The translations under genes and the position numbers were made by a program. This document shows, piece by piece, positions 18,144 through 26,167 of a stretch of 30,553 nt of DNA. This DNA is from Alphaproteobacteria bacterium (GTDB taxonomy: Bacteria; Pseudomonadota; Alphaproteobacteria; GCA-2731375). Below the pieces are notes generated by a model. The model worked only from the letters and a program-made list of their open reading frames with translations, made no database searches and was not told the DNA's origin. How positions within the stretch are numbered: the first letter of the stretch is position 1; each line of letters starts with the position of its first letter. The DNA lies in the NCBI GenBank assembly GCA_965225945.1, contig CBDDBZ010000010.1:1-30553 (forward strand), in the 5' to 3' direction.

Positions 18144-18809
18144 CTATTCACCCAAAAGGCTCTCAACAGCGGCCAACCAATCTAGGTGCATATCCGTGGT
18201 TAGTGGTGCGGTTGAATAAAATCGATTACTTGCATAAGAAACGTCAAGCCTTCGTTCTATCGCGAATTGGGTATTGGTATAAGGAGGTAACGTCGTAGGG
18301 TCGGAGCTGAACGATAGATTCTGTACATTAAACATGACCTCATGGTTATATGATTTCTTCAACATCTCCGAAGACAAGTCGCTTATCGCACTAAAAGACC
18401 TAATTGCGCTATCTATTGGTTTGTCGAACTCGACCACCACCAAGCTAGTGTAGGTTTTCCGGTACGGCGTGATCAGTTCACGCAACTTAAAGTTTGTTGT
18501 TGCCCAGTTCATCAAATCATTCAAAATTGTGTCTGCGTAATGTGTATTTCGCGACGCAATTATGATGCCATCATTATACAGCCCCATTTCTTCAATTGTA
18601 ATTGTTTCTTCGCCTTCATACAGTAAGCCACCTTTAAATTCTACACCTTTGGTGACATCTTGTGAATAATTTAATGGGAATTGAGCGAACTGATATCGCG
18701 CCTTAATTGCTTCAACTAGGGAAGGCACATGGAAGCCCGACACTGGGCGCAATTCTTCCATTACCATTAGTTGGAGAATGCGACCTTGATCTGTGGCGAT
18801 CAACTTCAT
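18144..18809 (-). CDS. Hypothetical protein (221 aa), third gene of the toxin-HTH operon
   Basis: Long ORF in AT-richer DNA, ATGA overlap with the HTH gene stop, mixed alpha/beta pattern. No family recognised. Confidence 0.8.
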   Translation of the reverse strand: MKLIATDQGRILQLMVMEELRPVSGFHVPSLVEAIKARYQFAQFPLNYSQDVTKGVEFKGGLLYEGEETITIEEMGLYNDGIIIASRNTHYADTILNDLMNWATTNFKLRELITPYRKTYTSLVVVEFDKPIDSAIRSFSAISDLSSEMLKKSYNHEVMFNVQNLSFSSDPTTLPPYTNTQFAIERRLDVSYASNRFYSTAPLTTDMHLDWLAAVESLLGE

Positions 18810-19375
18810 CCAGCCACCCTCAATGCGCTCCCAGTCGCACTTCGACCCGTTTCCTTATGGCGTTGAACCGCAGATGCCTTGTGACTTTCTGGGCTCCTGT
18901 TGTGAAATTCACCACCGGATACAATCCTTTTCGTGTCGACAAAAAATGCCTTGAGTGCTCCATCGGCCAACTTCTGTCTTTCTTCTTCTGCTGCTTTATC
19001 AACGATTTCTTGTGAAAAAGCAGATGGATGGACCGCCGCATCTGACATATCGGACGTGAGGCGCAAAAATGTACCATGATCGACGAATCTGATGACAACA
19101 GCGACATCGCATTTTGCGGCCACATCAAAGGCAGTCTGTAGAGCCCACTTCCCATAGTTCGGGTCTTCAAGTCGAGAAATAACACTTTGAGGCTTTTCTA
19201 AAACCTTGCCGAACTGGTCTTGAGTCATGTCGCCACGAAGCGCGCGCACCTGTCGCGCTAGAAATTGTCGAGTATGTTGAGCAACGTAGGCATCACGATA
19301 CGTCTTGTCGACAAACTTCTCCGCAAGGCGTTTTCCTCTAGGGGAAGGTGCAGGGCGCTGCTCGTCGTGCATCAT
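18806..19375 (-). CDS. XRE-family HTH protein, HigA-like antitoxin with extended C-terminus
   Basis: GAGGAG RBS before ATG 19375. QVRALRGDMTQDQFGKVLEKPQSVISRLEDPNYG HTH, then DVAVVIRFV, then a long polar tail. Confidence 0.85.
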   Translation of the reverse strand: MMHDEQRPAPSPRGKRLAEKFVDKTYRDAYVAQHTRQFLARQVRALRGDMTQDQFGKVLEKPQSVISRLEDPNYGKWALQTAFDVAAKCDVAVVIRFVDHGTFLRLTSDMSDAAVHPSAFSQEIVDKAAEEERQKLADGALKAFFVDTKRIVSGGEFHNRSPESHKASAVQRHKETGRSATGSALRVAG

Positions 19376-19751
19376 GTTCAACTCCTCGTCGGCGATGGTG
19401 GGCCGTTACGCATGCGGCCCCATAGTCACGGCTACCCCTTGGCTTCTCGAACCCAAAGAGAAGCGTAAATGCGCCGCGCCACGGCCCTTCAAACCCAAGG
19501 ATTCGGAAATGACGATTCTCCACATCAACAAGGATCTCGGTCAGCCCTCGGCAGGCGCCGCGAAGACGCTTGACTTGAGGTAGATCATTCCAATCGTCCT
19601 CATATTCCAAGCTCTCAAGAGCGGCATCGATCGCCGCCCTGATCTGGCCTGGGAGGGAGTCGTACCAGACATGAAGGCCCCGACCAGATTTCGGTAGAGT
19701 ATAGCATCTCAAATCGGGAATGTCATCGCTTTTTTGCGATACAAGCTGCAT
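19338..19751 (-). CDS. RelE/HigB (Gp49-like) toxin candidate
   Basis: Pattern SGR....WYDSL....AAIDAALE.L.....VKRLRG..GLTEI......HFRILGF......FTLLFGFEK typical of the RelE/ParE superfamily; lies upstream of and overlaps the HTH gene. Start could be TTG 19712. Confidence 0.75.
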   Translation of the reverse strand: MQLVSQKSDDIPDLRCYTLPKSGRGLHVWYDSLPGQIRAAIDAALESLEYEDDWNDLPQVKRLRGACRGLTEILVDVENRHFRILGFEGPWRGAFTLLFGFEKPRGSRDYGAACVTAHHRRRGVEHDARRAAPCTFP

Positions 19752-19789
19752 TCGGACTTGACGCCTAATCGCAAATTTACGATATTAGG
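19725..19789. promoter_or_regulatory. Two operator-like palindromes overlapping a rightward sigma70-like promoter
   Basis: ATCGCTTTTTTGCGAT (19725-19740) and ATCGCAAATTTACGAT (19768-19783); TTGACG-N17-GATATT at 19758-19786. Confidence 0.55.
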
Positions 19790-19859
19790 ACACTCGGTAA
19801 ATGAAATGGCCCATCCCCCAGGGCTCAAAACCAAGGAAATGGGCCACTTCAGACCGAGT

Positions 19860-19932
19860 GCCCCGGTCGTCTACTGGCATAGGACGCCCGAATTACAATC
19901 GAGAAACGCGGGTTCAAGCCCCGTCCGGGGCG
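19860..19932 (+). tRNA. tRNA-like gene, 73 nt, anticodon TAC (Val) on a tRNA-Glu-type body; possibly a pseudo-tRNA
   Basis: Cloverleaf: acceptor GCCCCGG/CCGGGGC plus G73; D arm GTCT-ACTGGCATA-GGAC; anticodon arm CCCGA-ATTACAA-TCGAG (one C.A mismatch); variable AAAC; T arm GCGGG-TTCAAGC-CCCGT. No encoded CCA. Confidence 0.75.
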
Positions 19933-20020
19933 CTCAACAGAGTGGGGCTAACGCTGCTGGAACAGCGCCAGCCCCGGATCAAAACCCCAGGGATTGGCCC
20001 CCTAAAGTCATGATCGCGAT

Positions 20021-21267
20021 CACAGTACACGACTCGTTCATGCTGGCTTTGGCCTGGGCACCTGGACTGGTGGTTTTCCGGGGACGAGGAAACGAATCAG
20101 CTCAATGGCTTGACGCCTGTCGATAGGATTGACGAGCTGTCGCCTTATCCACTCGAAACCGTATCGGAAGATGGATTTTGCCATCCTTTTGTGGGTTTTG
20201 AGGCGGATCGGCTCGGCCTCGTGGAGCCAATCGCCGACTTTGTGCGCCCAGCAGAAGCCGACTTTGTGCGCCCAGCAGAAGGTGATGGAAAGGACGGCGG
20301 TGAGCTTGGAGATGCGCTCCGGGTCGGTCATGTGGGTGTCTTCGAGGTTGAAGCCACGGGTTTTCAAGGCGGCGAAGAGGGTCTCGATTTGCCAGCGCTG
20401 GGCGTAGATGGCCAAGGCCTCCTCGGGCGCGTCGTTGGTCACGACGATCAACAGTTCGCCGGTCTTGAGATGGAGCGCGGCGACGAAGACGGGCCTGGCC
20501 TTGGGTTTTCTGGCCTCCGAGAGGCGCCTGGCGTTGGAGAGGATGCGGCTTTCCCCGGGTTTGAGGTCGCGAAACAGCTCCCTCGCCTTGACCATGCGAC
20601 CACGCGTGTTGGCGATCTTGATGTTGGATCGGATGCGGATGTGAAAGGGGATGGCCTTTTCCTGCAACCATGCCAGCCAGGCGTCGCCGATGAATTCCCG
20701 GTCGGCCAGGAGGCTGGCGATCTTGTCGACCCCGAAGAGCCGGAGGACGTGTTCGAGGATCGCGATCCGCTCCTTGGTATTGGAATTGCCCGCCTTGTCG
20801 AGCACCCGCCAGCACACGGGAATGGCGATGGCGCGGTTGACGATGCCGATCATCAAGATGTTGACGTCGCGGCGACCCAGCCGCCAGTTGGTCCGGTCCA
20901 TGGTCAGCCGCCACGGCCCCGCCTGGAGCCCCATCATCGCGACCAGGAACTCGGCGAGGCGATCGTAATCGAAATCGACTTGCTCGAAAAACCGTTGCAG
21001 GCGCCGATAGTTGGAGCTGGATCGCGCGCGCCCCGGAAAGTGGCAGGCCAAGTGAGAGAGGTTCACCGTCCGGGCGACGAACACGCCGAAGACCAAGACG
21101 CAAAGGCTCTCCAGACGGCTCTTGCGAAAGGCGAAGCCGCATCGTAGCGTCTCACGCAGGGCGTTGATCGGGTTGTCTCGCATGATTTCCCTCTTGACTC
21201 GTCGTGGAGTGAATCGGGAATCCTACAACCTTTTCAACGTCCTACGTAAATGCCGTCGTGTACCATG
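20021..21267 (-). mobile_element. IS4-family insertion sequence
   Basis: TIR CACAGTACACGAC / CATGGTACACGAC; 9-bp TSD GATCGCGAT at 20012-20020 and 21268-21276. Confidence 0.92.
20038..21183 (-). CDS. IS4-family transposase with an in-frame 8-aa duplication
   Basis: MDRTNW, LADREFIG, YAQRWQIETLFAALK (YREK motif); 24-bp tandem duplication at 20233-20280. Confidence 0.92.
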   Translation of the reverse strand: MRDNPINALRETLRCGFAFRKSRLESLCVLVFGVFVARTVNLSHLACHFPGRARSSSNYRRLQRFFEQVDFDYDRLAEFLVAMMGLQAGPWRLTMDRTNWRLGRRDVNILMIGIVNRAIAIPVCWRVLDKAGNSNTKERIAILEHVLRLFGVDKIASLLADREFIGDAWLAWLQEKAIPFHIRIRSNIKIANTRGRMVKARELFRDLKPGESRILSNARRLSEARKPKARPVFVAALHLKTGELLIVVTNDAPEEALAIYAQRWQIETLFAALKTRGFNLEDTHMTDPERISKLTAVLSITFCWAHKVGFCWAHKVGDWLHEAEPIRLKTHKRMAKSIFRYGFEWIRRQLVNPIDRRQAIELIRFLVPGKPPVQVPRPKPA

Positions 21268-21332
21268 GATCGCGATAGTAAATATAGCGATTTTCGGAGT
21301 CAGGCGCCAGTCCCGCATTATGGATTGGCCCC

Positions 21333-21536
21333 ATGAACATCCTTCCATTCGAAAAACAGGTTGCCGCCATCGCCACCTTGACCGAGGGCGTGAGCATCCG
21401 CGCGACGGAGCGCCTGACCGACATTCACCGCGACACCATCATGCGCCTTAGCGTCCGTGTCGGCGAGGGCTGTGGTCGGCTGCATGACCATCTGATCCGT
21501 GACGTCCAGGTCGCGCATATCGAACTGGACGAGATT
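21333..21536 (+). pseudogene. IS1-family-like transposase, N-terminal fragment
   Basis: MNILPFEKQVAAIATLTEGVSIRATERLTDIHRDTIMRL...IELDEI (HTH plus first catalytic D), cut at the IS256 end. Confidence 0.8.
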
Positions 21537-22868
21537 GAGCAACCTGATGTGTGGAAATTCGGAACGCCGTTGATCAGTCATCCTCTGCTTTCCAAGTGAT
21601 GTAGGGTTTTTCGGTGGTTTCCCATTTCTCGTCGATTTCGACGAGGATGGCGGTGACCAGACGTTCGAGCGAGGCCTCGTTGGGAAAGACCCTGACCTTT
21701 ACGGTGCGGCGCTTGATCTCCTGCTGGATGGATCGCTCCATGGGGTTCGAGGTTCGCATGCGCTTTTGGTGGCGCTCGGGCAGGGCGAAGACGGCGAGGC
21801 CCTCGGGGATCGCCGTCTCCAGCCAATCGGCGAGCTTGGGGGCGCTGTCGCGGTAGGCCGCCACCAGATGGCCCAGCTCGGCCTCGGCGGCCTTGCCGTC
21901 GGCGGCGTTCCAGACCCGGCGCAGCTCCTTGCCGATGGCCTTTCGGATGGCGAGGTTGGGGGCGTGATGGATGGCGTTTTGAGCCAGATGGTACTGACAG
22001 CGCTGCCAGACGGCGCCGCCGAGGACGGCCTTGCGCGCGGCGCCGAGGCCTGGATGATCATCGGAAACGATATAGGCGACACCGCGCATGCCACCGGCAA
22101 CCAGGGTCTCCAGGAAGGCGCGCCAGTGCACTTCGGCCTCGGAGAGCGCACAGGAAACACCGAGCACCCGGCGGCGCTGGTCGGGGCCGATGCCGATCAC
22201 CGAGAGCACGGCGGCGTCGCGCACCACGCCACCCTCTCGGACTTTCTCATAGCGCGCGTCGAGGAGCAGGTAGCGGATCTCGCCCAGCGGCCGGTTGCAC
22301 CAGGCATCCAGCTCCCCATCCAAGAGCTTGGCGGCGCGGCTGACCTGGCTCGACGACAGGCTCTCCAGGCCGAACTCGCGCATCACCGCCTCGGCGTCAC
22401 GGGTGGAGACGCCTTTGATATACATCTCCGCCACGGCCAGCATGACAGCGCGGCAGGAGCGCCGTCCGCGCTCCAGGGCTTGGGGGTAAAAAGGCGCCTC
22501 ATGACCGGCGGTCTTGGGAACCTCGAGCCTCACCGTACCGGCCGGGGTGTCGATCTTCTTGGGTCTGGTGCCGTTGGCGTATCCCCGCCGCTCGGGCGTG
22601 CGCTCATAGTGGCCGGCGCCCAAGAACCTCTCCCGCTCGATCCGCATGGCGAGATTGAAAAGGCCGGCGAAGACCGTCGCCATGTTCTCGCTACCGCCTT
22701 CGATCAATTGTTCCACCAAAGCCTCGACAGCGCTATCCTGGTCTTTCCGCATACTGGTTCTCCATGTTTGTTTGGACGCTTTCATGGATAACCAAAATGA
22801 CGGATCGCCCCGCGCCGGGGTATACCCCGGCGCGGGGCGAAGCCAAATTTCCAGACCTCACGCTACAC
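21537..22868 (-). mobile_element. IS256-family insertion sequence
   Basis: Imperfect IRs GAGCAACCTGATGTGTGGAAATTCGG / GTGTAGCGTGAGGTCTGGAAATTTGG. No TSD; it replaces the middle of the host transposase. Confidence 0.85.
21574..22752 (-). CDS. IS256-family transposase
   Basis: MYIKGVSTR, LLDARYEKVR, VSDDHPGL, WQRCQYH, RTSNPMER motifs. Confidence 0.93.
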   Translation of the reverse strand: MRKDQDSAVEALVEQLIEGGSENMATVFAGLFNLAMRIERERFLGAGHYERTPERRGYANGTRPKKIDTPAGTVRLEVPKTAGHEAPFYPQALERGRRSCRAVMLAVAEMYIKGVSTRDAEAVMREFGLESLSSSQVSRAAKLLDGELDAWCNRPLGEIRYLLLDARYEKVREGGVVRDAAVLSVIGIGPDQRRRVLGVSCALSEAEVHWRAFLETLVAGGMRGVAYIVSDDHPGLGAARKAVLGGAVWQRCQYHLAQNAIHHAPNLAIRKAIGKELRRVWNAADGKAAEAELGHLVAAYRDSAPKLADWLETAIPEGLAVFALPERHQKRMRTSNPMERSIQQEIKRRTVKVRVFPNEASLERLVTAILVEIDEKWETTEKPYITWKAEDD

Positions 22869-23124
22869 AAGCTTCACCCGGCTCACCAATGGCTTTTCGA
22901 AGAAGCTACGGAACCACGAGGCGGCGATCTCGCTGTTTATCAGCCACTACAACCTATGCCGGGTTCACGAGACCATCCGCATGACTCCGGCCATGATGCT
23001 CGGCGTCACGGATCATATCTGGACCATTGCCGAGTTGATCGAAGCCGCGACCAGCCCGGATGCTCCCGCGCCCGTTGGCCGTCGTGTCGGGCGATTCCGC
23101 GTGATCGATGGTGGGCAGGCGTGA
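22869..23124 (+). pseudogene. IS1-family-like transposase, C-terminal fragment
   Basis: FTRLTNGFSKKLRNHEAAISLFISHYNLCRVHETIRMTPAMMLGVTDHIWTIAELI...RFRVIDGGQA*, in a frame not listed in the ORF track. Confidence 0.8.
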
Positions 23125-23187
23125 TATCATGACTGCCTTCGCGGCGCCTCGCTTTTCATGGCGTGGCTTCGCGACGTATCGCAACGC

Positions 23188-23223
23188 GACGCAGGGCCCC
23201 GCTTCGGCGGGGCTCTTTGCGTC
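23188..23223 (+). terminator. Stem-loop with CTTCGG tetraloop, putative terminator inside the element's right end
   Basis: GACGCAGGGCCCCG-CTTCGG-CGGGGCTCTTTGCGTC. Confidence 0.55.
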
Positions 23224-23270
23224 AAGGTGTCCTAGGTTCAGATTTTGTGTGCCCTAGTTCGGACAGTACC

Positions 23271-23391
23271 AATTGATGCGTTGGGCGGTATTATCTGCTC
23301 TAATGATGCAGTGGTAGCGGAAGTAAATGGGCATACTTCAAATCGAGGCTTGCAAACCAAAGTCATCAAGGGACCAAGGTGGTACGTGTGA
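23271..23391 (+). pseudogene. darT: darT (DUF4433 DNA ADP-ribosyltransferase toxin) 3' remnant
   Basis: [39 protein letters not shown] resembles the DarT C-terminus (P.WYF). TGATG overlap with the darG start; begins at the IS1-like element end. Confidence 0.7.
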
Positions 23392-23982
23392 TGATCACAT
23401 TTACTAAAGGTAACTTGTTAGAAGCGAACGTCGATGCGCTGGTGAACACTGTCAACACGGTTGGCGTGATGGGTAGGGGCGTCGCTCTCATGTTCAAGGA
23501 AGCATTCCCTGAGAATTTTGAAGCATATGCCGCTGCATGCAAGAATAAGGAAATGCAGCTTGGGCGAATGTTCGTGACCGAACAACTTGATCTTCTTGGT
23601 CCTAAATGGATTATCAACTTTCCAACAAAAAGGCATTGGCGCTACCCATCCAAGTTGGAATGGATCGAGGATGGTCTGAAAGATTTGAAGCGTGTGATCG
23701 ACGAGAAAAATATCCGATCAATCGTAATACCGCCCCTAGGTAGTGGAAACGGGAAGCTTAATTGGAACGAAGTTAGAGAATTAATTGAGGGAGTATTGAG
23801 TGATCTTATCGATACAGAAGTCATCGTGTATGAACCAACCGGCAAGTATCAGAATGTCGTAAAGCGTAAGGGCGTCCAACAATTAACACCACCACGTGCC
23901 TTGATCGCTGAACTTGTGCGCCAGTACTGGATGCTAGGCATAGAGTGCTCAATATTGGAAATCCAAAAACTAGCATATTTTC

Positions 23983-25578
23983 GTAACTGCCCAGGTAGCT
24001 GATTTCGATGAGGCTGCGGATTGGGTCTCTGGGGGCAGATTTTGTGGGTTTGGGGCGCTGACGGCCTAGATTTCGTTTGACAGAGGGTGGTTGGTCGATT
24101 CTAAGGATTCGATGGATAGGGATGTTCTTGCCTTTTTGTCGAAAGACGAGCTGATCGATGTGGTGCTGGCCCAAGGGTCGCGGCTCGCCGAGTTCGAACT
24201 CCGGCTTGGTGAACTCGAGCGCCGGCTTGGCCTGAACAGCACGAACAGCGGCAAGCCACCGTCGAGCGATGGATTGAACAAGCCACCGGCGGGTAAAAAG
24301 AAGCGCACCAGGAGCCTCCGTAAGAAATCGGCCCGCAAGCCGGGCGGGCAAAAGGGCCACAAGGGCGAGACCCTGCGCCAAGTCGCCGATCCCGACGCCA
24401 CCGTCGACCATTATCCCGAGACGTGCCAGTGGTGTGGTTCGGGATTGACGCCGGATATGGCTACCGGCCATGGGGCCCGCCAGGTTTTCGATCTACCCGA
24501 GCCCCGGCCCCTGGTGGTCACGGAGCATCGGGCGCATCGCTGCCGTTGCGGGCATTGCGGCACGTACACTCGGGCTTCTTTTCCCGTCGCCATCACCGGC
24601 CCGGTTCAATACGGCGCTCGGATCGGAGCCATGGTGGTCTACCTGTCGCACTACCAACTCCTGCCCGAGGACCGCCTGGCTGAATTGATGAAGGATCTGT
24701 TCGGGGCGGAACTGTCTCCGGCGAGCCTCGCGCGGAGGGGCGGGAACAGCGCCGAGTCCGTCCAAGGCGTCGTCGATGTGATCCGCGAACTGGTGAAATC
24801 GGCGCCGGTCAAGCACATGGACGAGACCGGCTTGCGGATCGCCGGGCGGACCCAATGGTTGCACGTCGCCTCGACCGCGCGGTTGACCTTCTATCGGGTC
24901 TCGGAGCGACGCGGCAGCCTGCTCGGCGGAGTCGGCGGCATCGTCGTCCATGACCACTGGAAGCCGTACTTTACGATGGAGGGCGTACGGCACGCGCTGT
25001 GCAACGCCCATCACCTGCGCGAGTTGCAAGCCCTGATCGAGATCGAGAAGGAGGGCTGGGCACGCAAGATGCAGAGACTATTGCGCCGCGCCTGCCACGC
25101 GGTAAATCTCGCCCGGGAGCGGGGCGTGGCGCTGAAACCAGGCCTCGTCGAGCGCTTCCGAGGGTGTTACGACGCGATCACGGCCGAGGGCATCGCCTTT
25201 CACGAGGCACAACCTCCTCTTGCGCCCAGATCGAGCAAGGCCAAGCGCCGGGGAAGCAAGCCGCGCCGCACCGGGCACAACCTTCTCCGGCGCCTTCAGA
25301 CACACAAGGAAGACGCGCTGCGCTTCCTCATCAATTTCGCCGTGCCGTTCACCAACAATCAGGCCGAGCAGGACGGGCGCATGATGAAGGTCAAGCAGAA
25401 AATCTCCGGCGGCTTCCGTAGCCAGAAAGGCGCCGAAGACTTTGCCACCGTCCGCGGCTTCATCTCGACCGCCAGAAAACAGGGCTGGAACATCATCCAG
25501 GCGCTCATGGAAAATCCCGAAACCCTGATCGAGCGTCTCCACGCCGCCTAAAAGGCCACCATGTACCTGGGCAGTTAC
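23983..25578 (+). mobile_element. IS66-family IS (single-ORF, ISBst12-type)
   Basis: Perfect 15-bp TIR GTAACTGCCCAGGTA; 8-bp TSD ATATTTTC at 23975-23982 and 25579-25586. Confidence 0.95.
24112..25551 (+). CDS. IS66-family transposase
   Basis: NSTNSGKPPSSD, KPGGQKGHKG, Zn finger, MDETG, HD, LCNAHHLREL, FTNNQAEQDGRMMKVKQKISGGFRS. Confidence 0.93.
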   Translation: MDRDVLAFLSKDELIDVVLAQGSRLAEFELRLGELERRLGLNSTNSGKPPSSDGLNKPPAGKKKRTRSLRKKSARKPGGQKGHKGETLRQVADPDATVDHYPETCQWCGSGLTPDMATGHGARQVFDLPEPRPLVVTEHRAHRCRCGHCGTYTRASFPVAITGPVQYGARIGAMVVYLSHYQLLPEDRLAELMKDLFGAELSPASLARRGGNSAESVQGVVDVIRELVKSAPVKHMDETGLRIAGRTQWLHVASTARLTFYRVSERRGSLLGGVGGIVVHDHWKPYFTMEGVRHALCNAHHLRELQALIEIEKEGWARKMQRLLRRACHAVNLARERGVALKPGLVERFRGCYDAITAEGIAFHEAQPPLAPRSSKAKRRGSKPRRTGHNLLRRLQTHKEDALRFLINFAVPFTNNQAEQDGRMMKVKQKISGGFRSQKGAEDFATVRGFISTARKQGWNIIQALMENPETLIERLHAA

Positions 25579-25993
25579 ATATTTTCTAGAGCGGAATATC
25601 GAGAAATTACAACTCAAAAACACGCTTGATCTCCAGTTCAACACGAACAAGTATGGACCATATGCGGACCGATTGAGGCACCTGCTCGATGCGCTGGATG
25701 GGAGCTACCTGCATTGTGACAAGCGACTAGCCGATGCGGGCCCAAATGACGCTATTTGGTTCGACGACGCGAGGAAAGACCGAGTTACGACATATCTCTC
25801 ATCCGCCGAAGCCAAAGAGTACCTTGCAGCCCTTGAGAACACCATCGAGACCATTGATGGATTCCAGTCGCCCCTCGGTATGGAATTGCTAGCGACGGTC
25901 GACTGGCTTCTTCGCAGACAGAACGTCGAGCCATCCATTGCGGGCGTAAGGGCTGGTCTTCGTGCGTGGCCCAGCGGCAAGCAAGCAGCGGAC

Positions 25994-26101
25994 CTTGCTT
26001 TGCAGAAGCTAGGACATCTGGAGCCCAGCGTAAACTTAAGCTATTTGATGATCGGCTCATAAATCTTGCTTTGCAGAAGCTAGGACATCTGGAGCCCAGC
26101 G
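25994..26101. repeat. 37-bp direct repeat separated by 34 bp within the darG 3' end
   Basis: CTTGCTTTGCAGAAGCTAGGACATCTGGAGCCCAGCG at 25994-26030 and 26065-26101. Confidence 0.95.
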
Positions 26102-26167
26102 CACAGATCGGCTCGACCGGCTGATAGCTGGTTGCGCGGACCAGGATTGACCTGTCAACCCCCGTCG

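Larger units (their letters stand above)
18094..23270 (+). mobile_element. IS1-family-like cargo-carrying element with nested IS4 and IS256
   Basis: Left end GGTGCTGTCCTAAATCGGG vs reverse complement of right end GGTACTGTCCGAACTAGGG (15/19), plus a second shared block AAT(T/C)TGAA..GGAC. Split IS1-like transposase inside; no TSD visible. Confidence 0.65.
23391..26124 (+). pseudogene. darG: darG macrodomain antitoxin interrupted by IS66 and frameshifted near its 3' end
   Basis: [49 protein letters not shown] macrodomain. Removing IS66 restores [34 protein letters not shown], the DarG C-terminal domain. Confidence 0.88.

Noticed and set aside
23251-23270. In-frame ALVRTVP could extend the darT remnant upstream
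   Set aside because: The frame hits a stop at 23233 without the DarT QAE motif, and these bases match the element's left IR, so the IS-end reading is preferred.
25994-26101. Second CRISPR mini-array (37-bp repeat, 34-bp spacer)
   Set aside because: Both repeat and spacer are darG coding sequence; there is no palindrome or GAAAC end.
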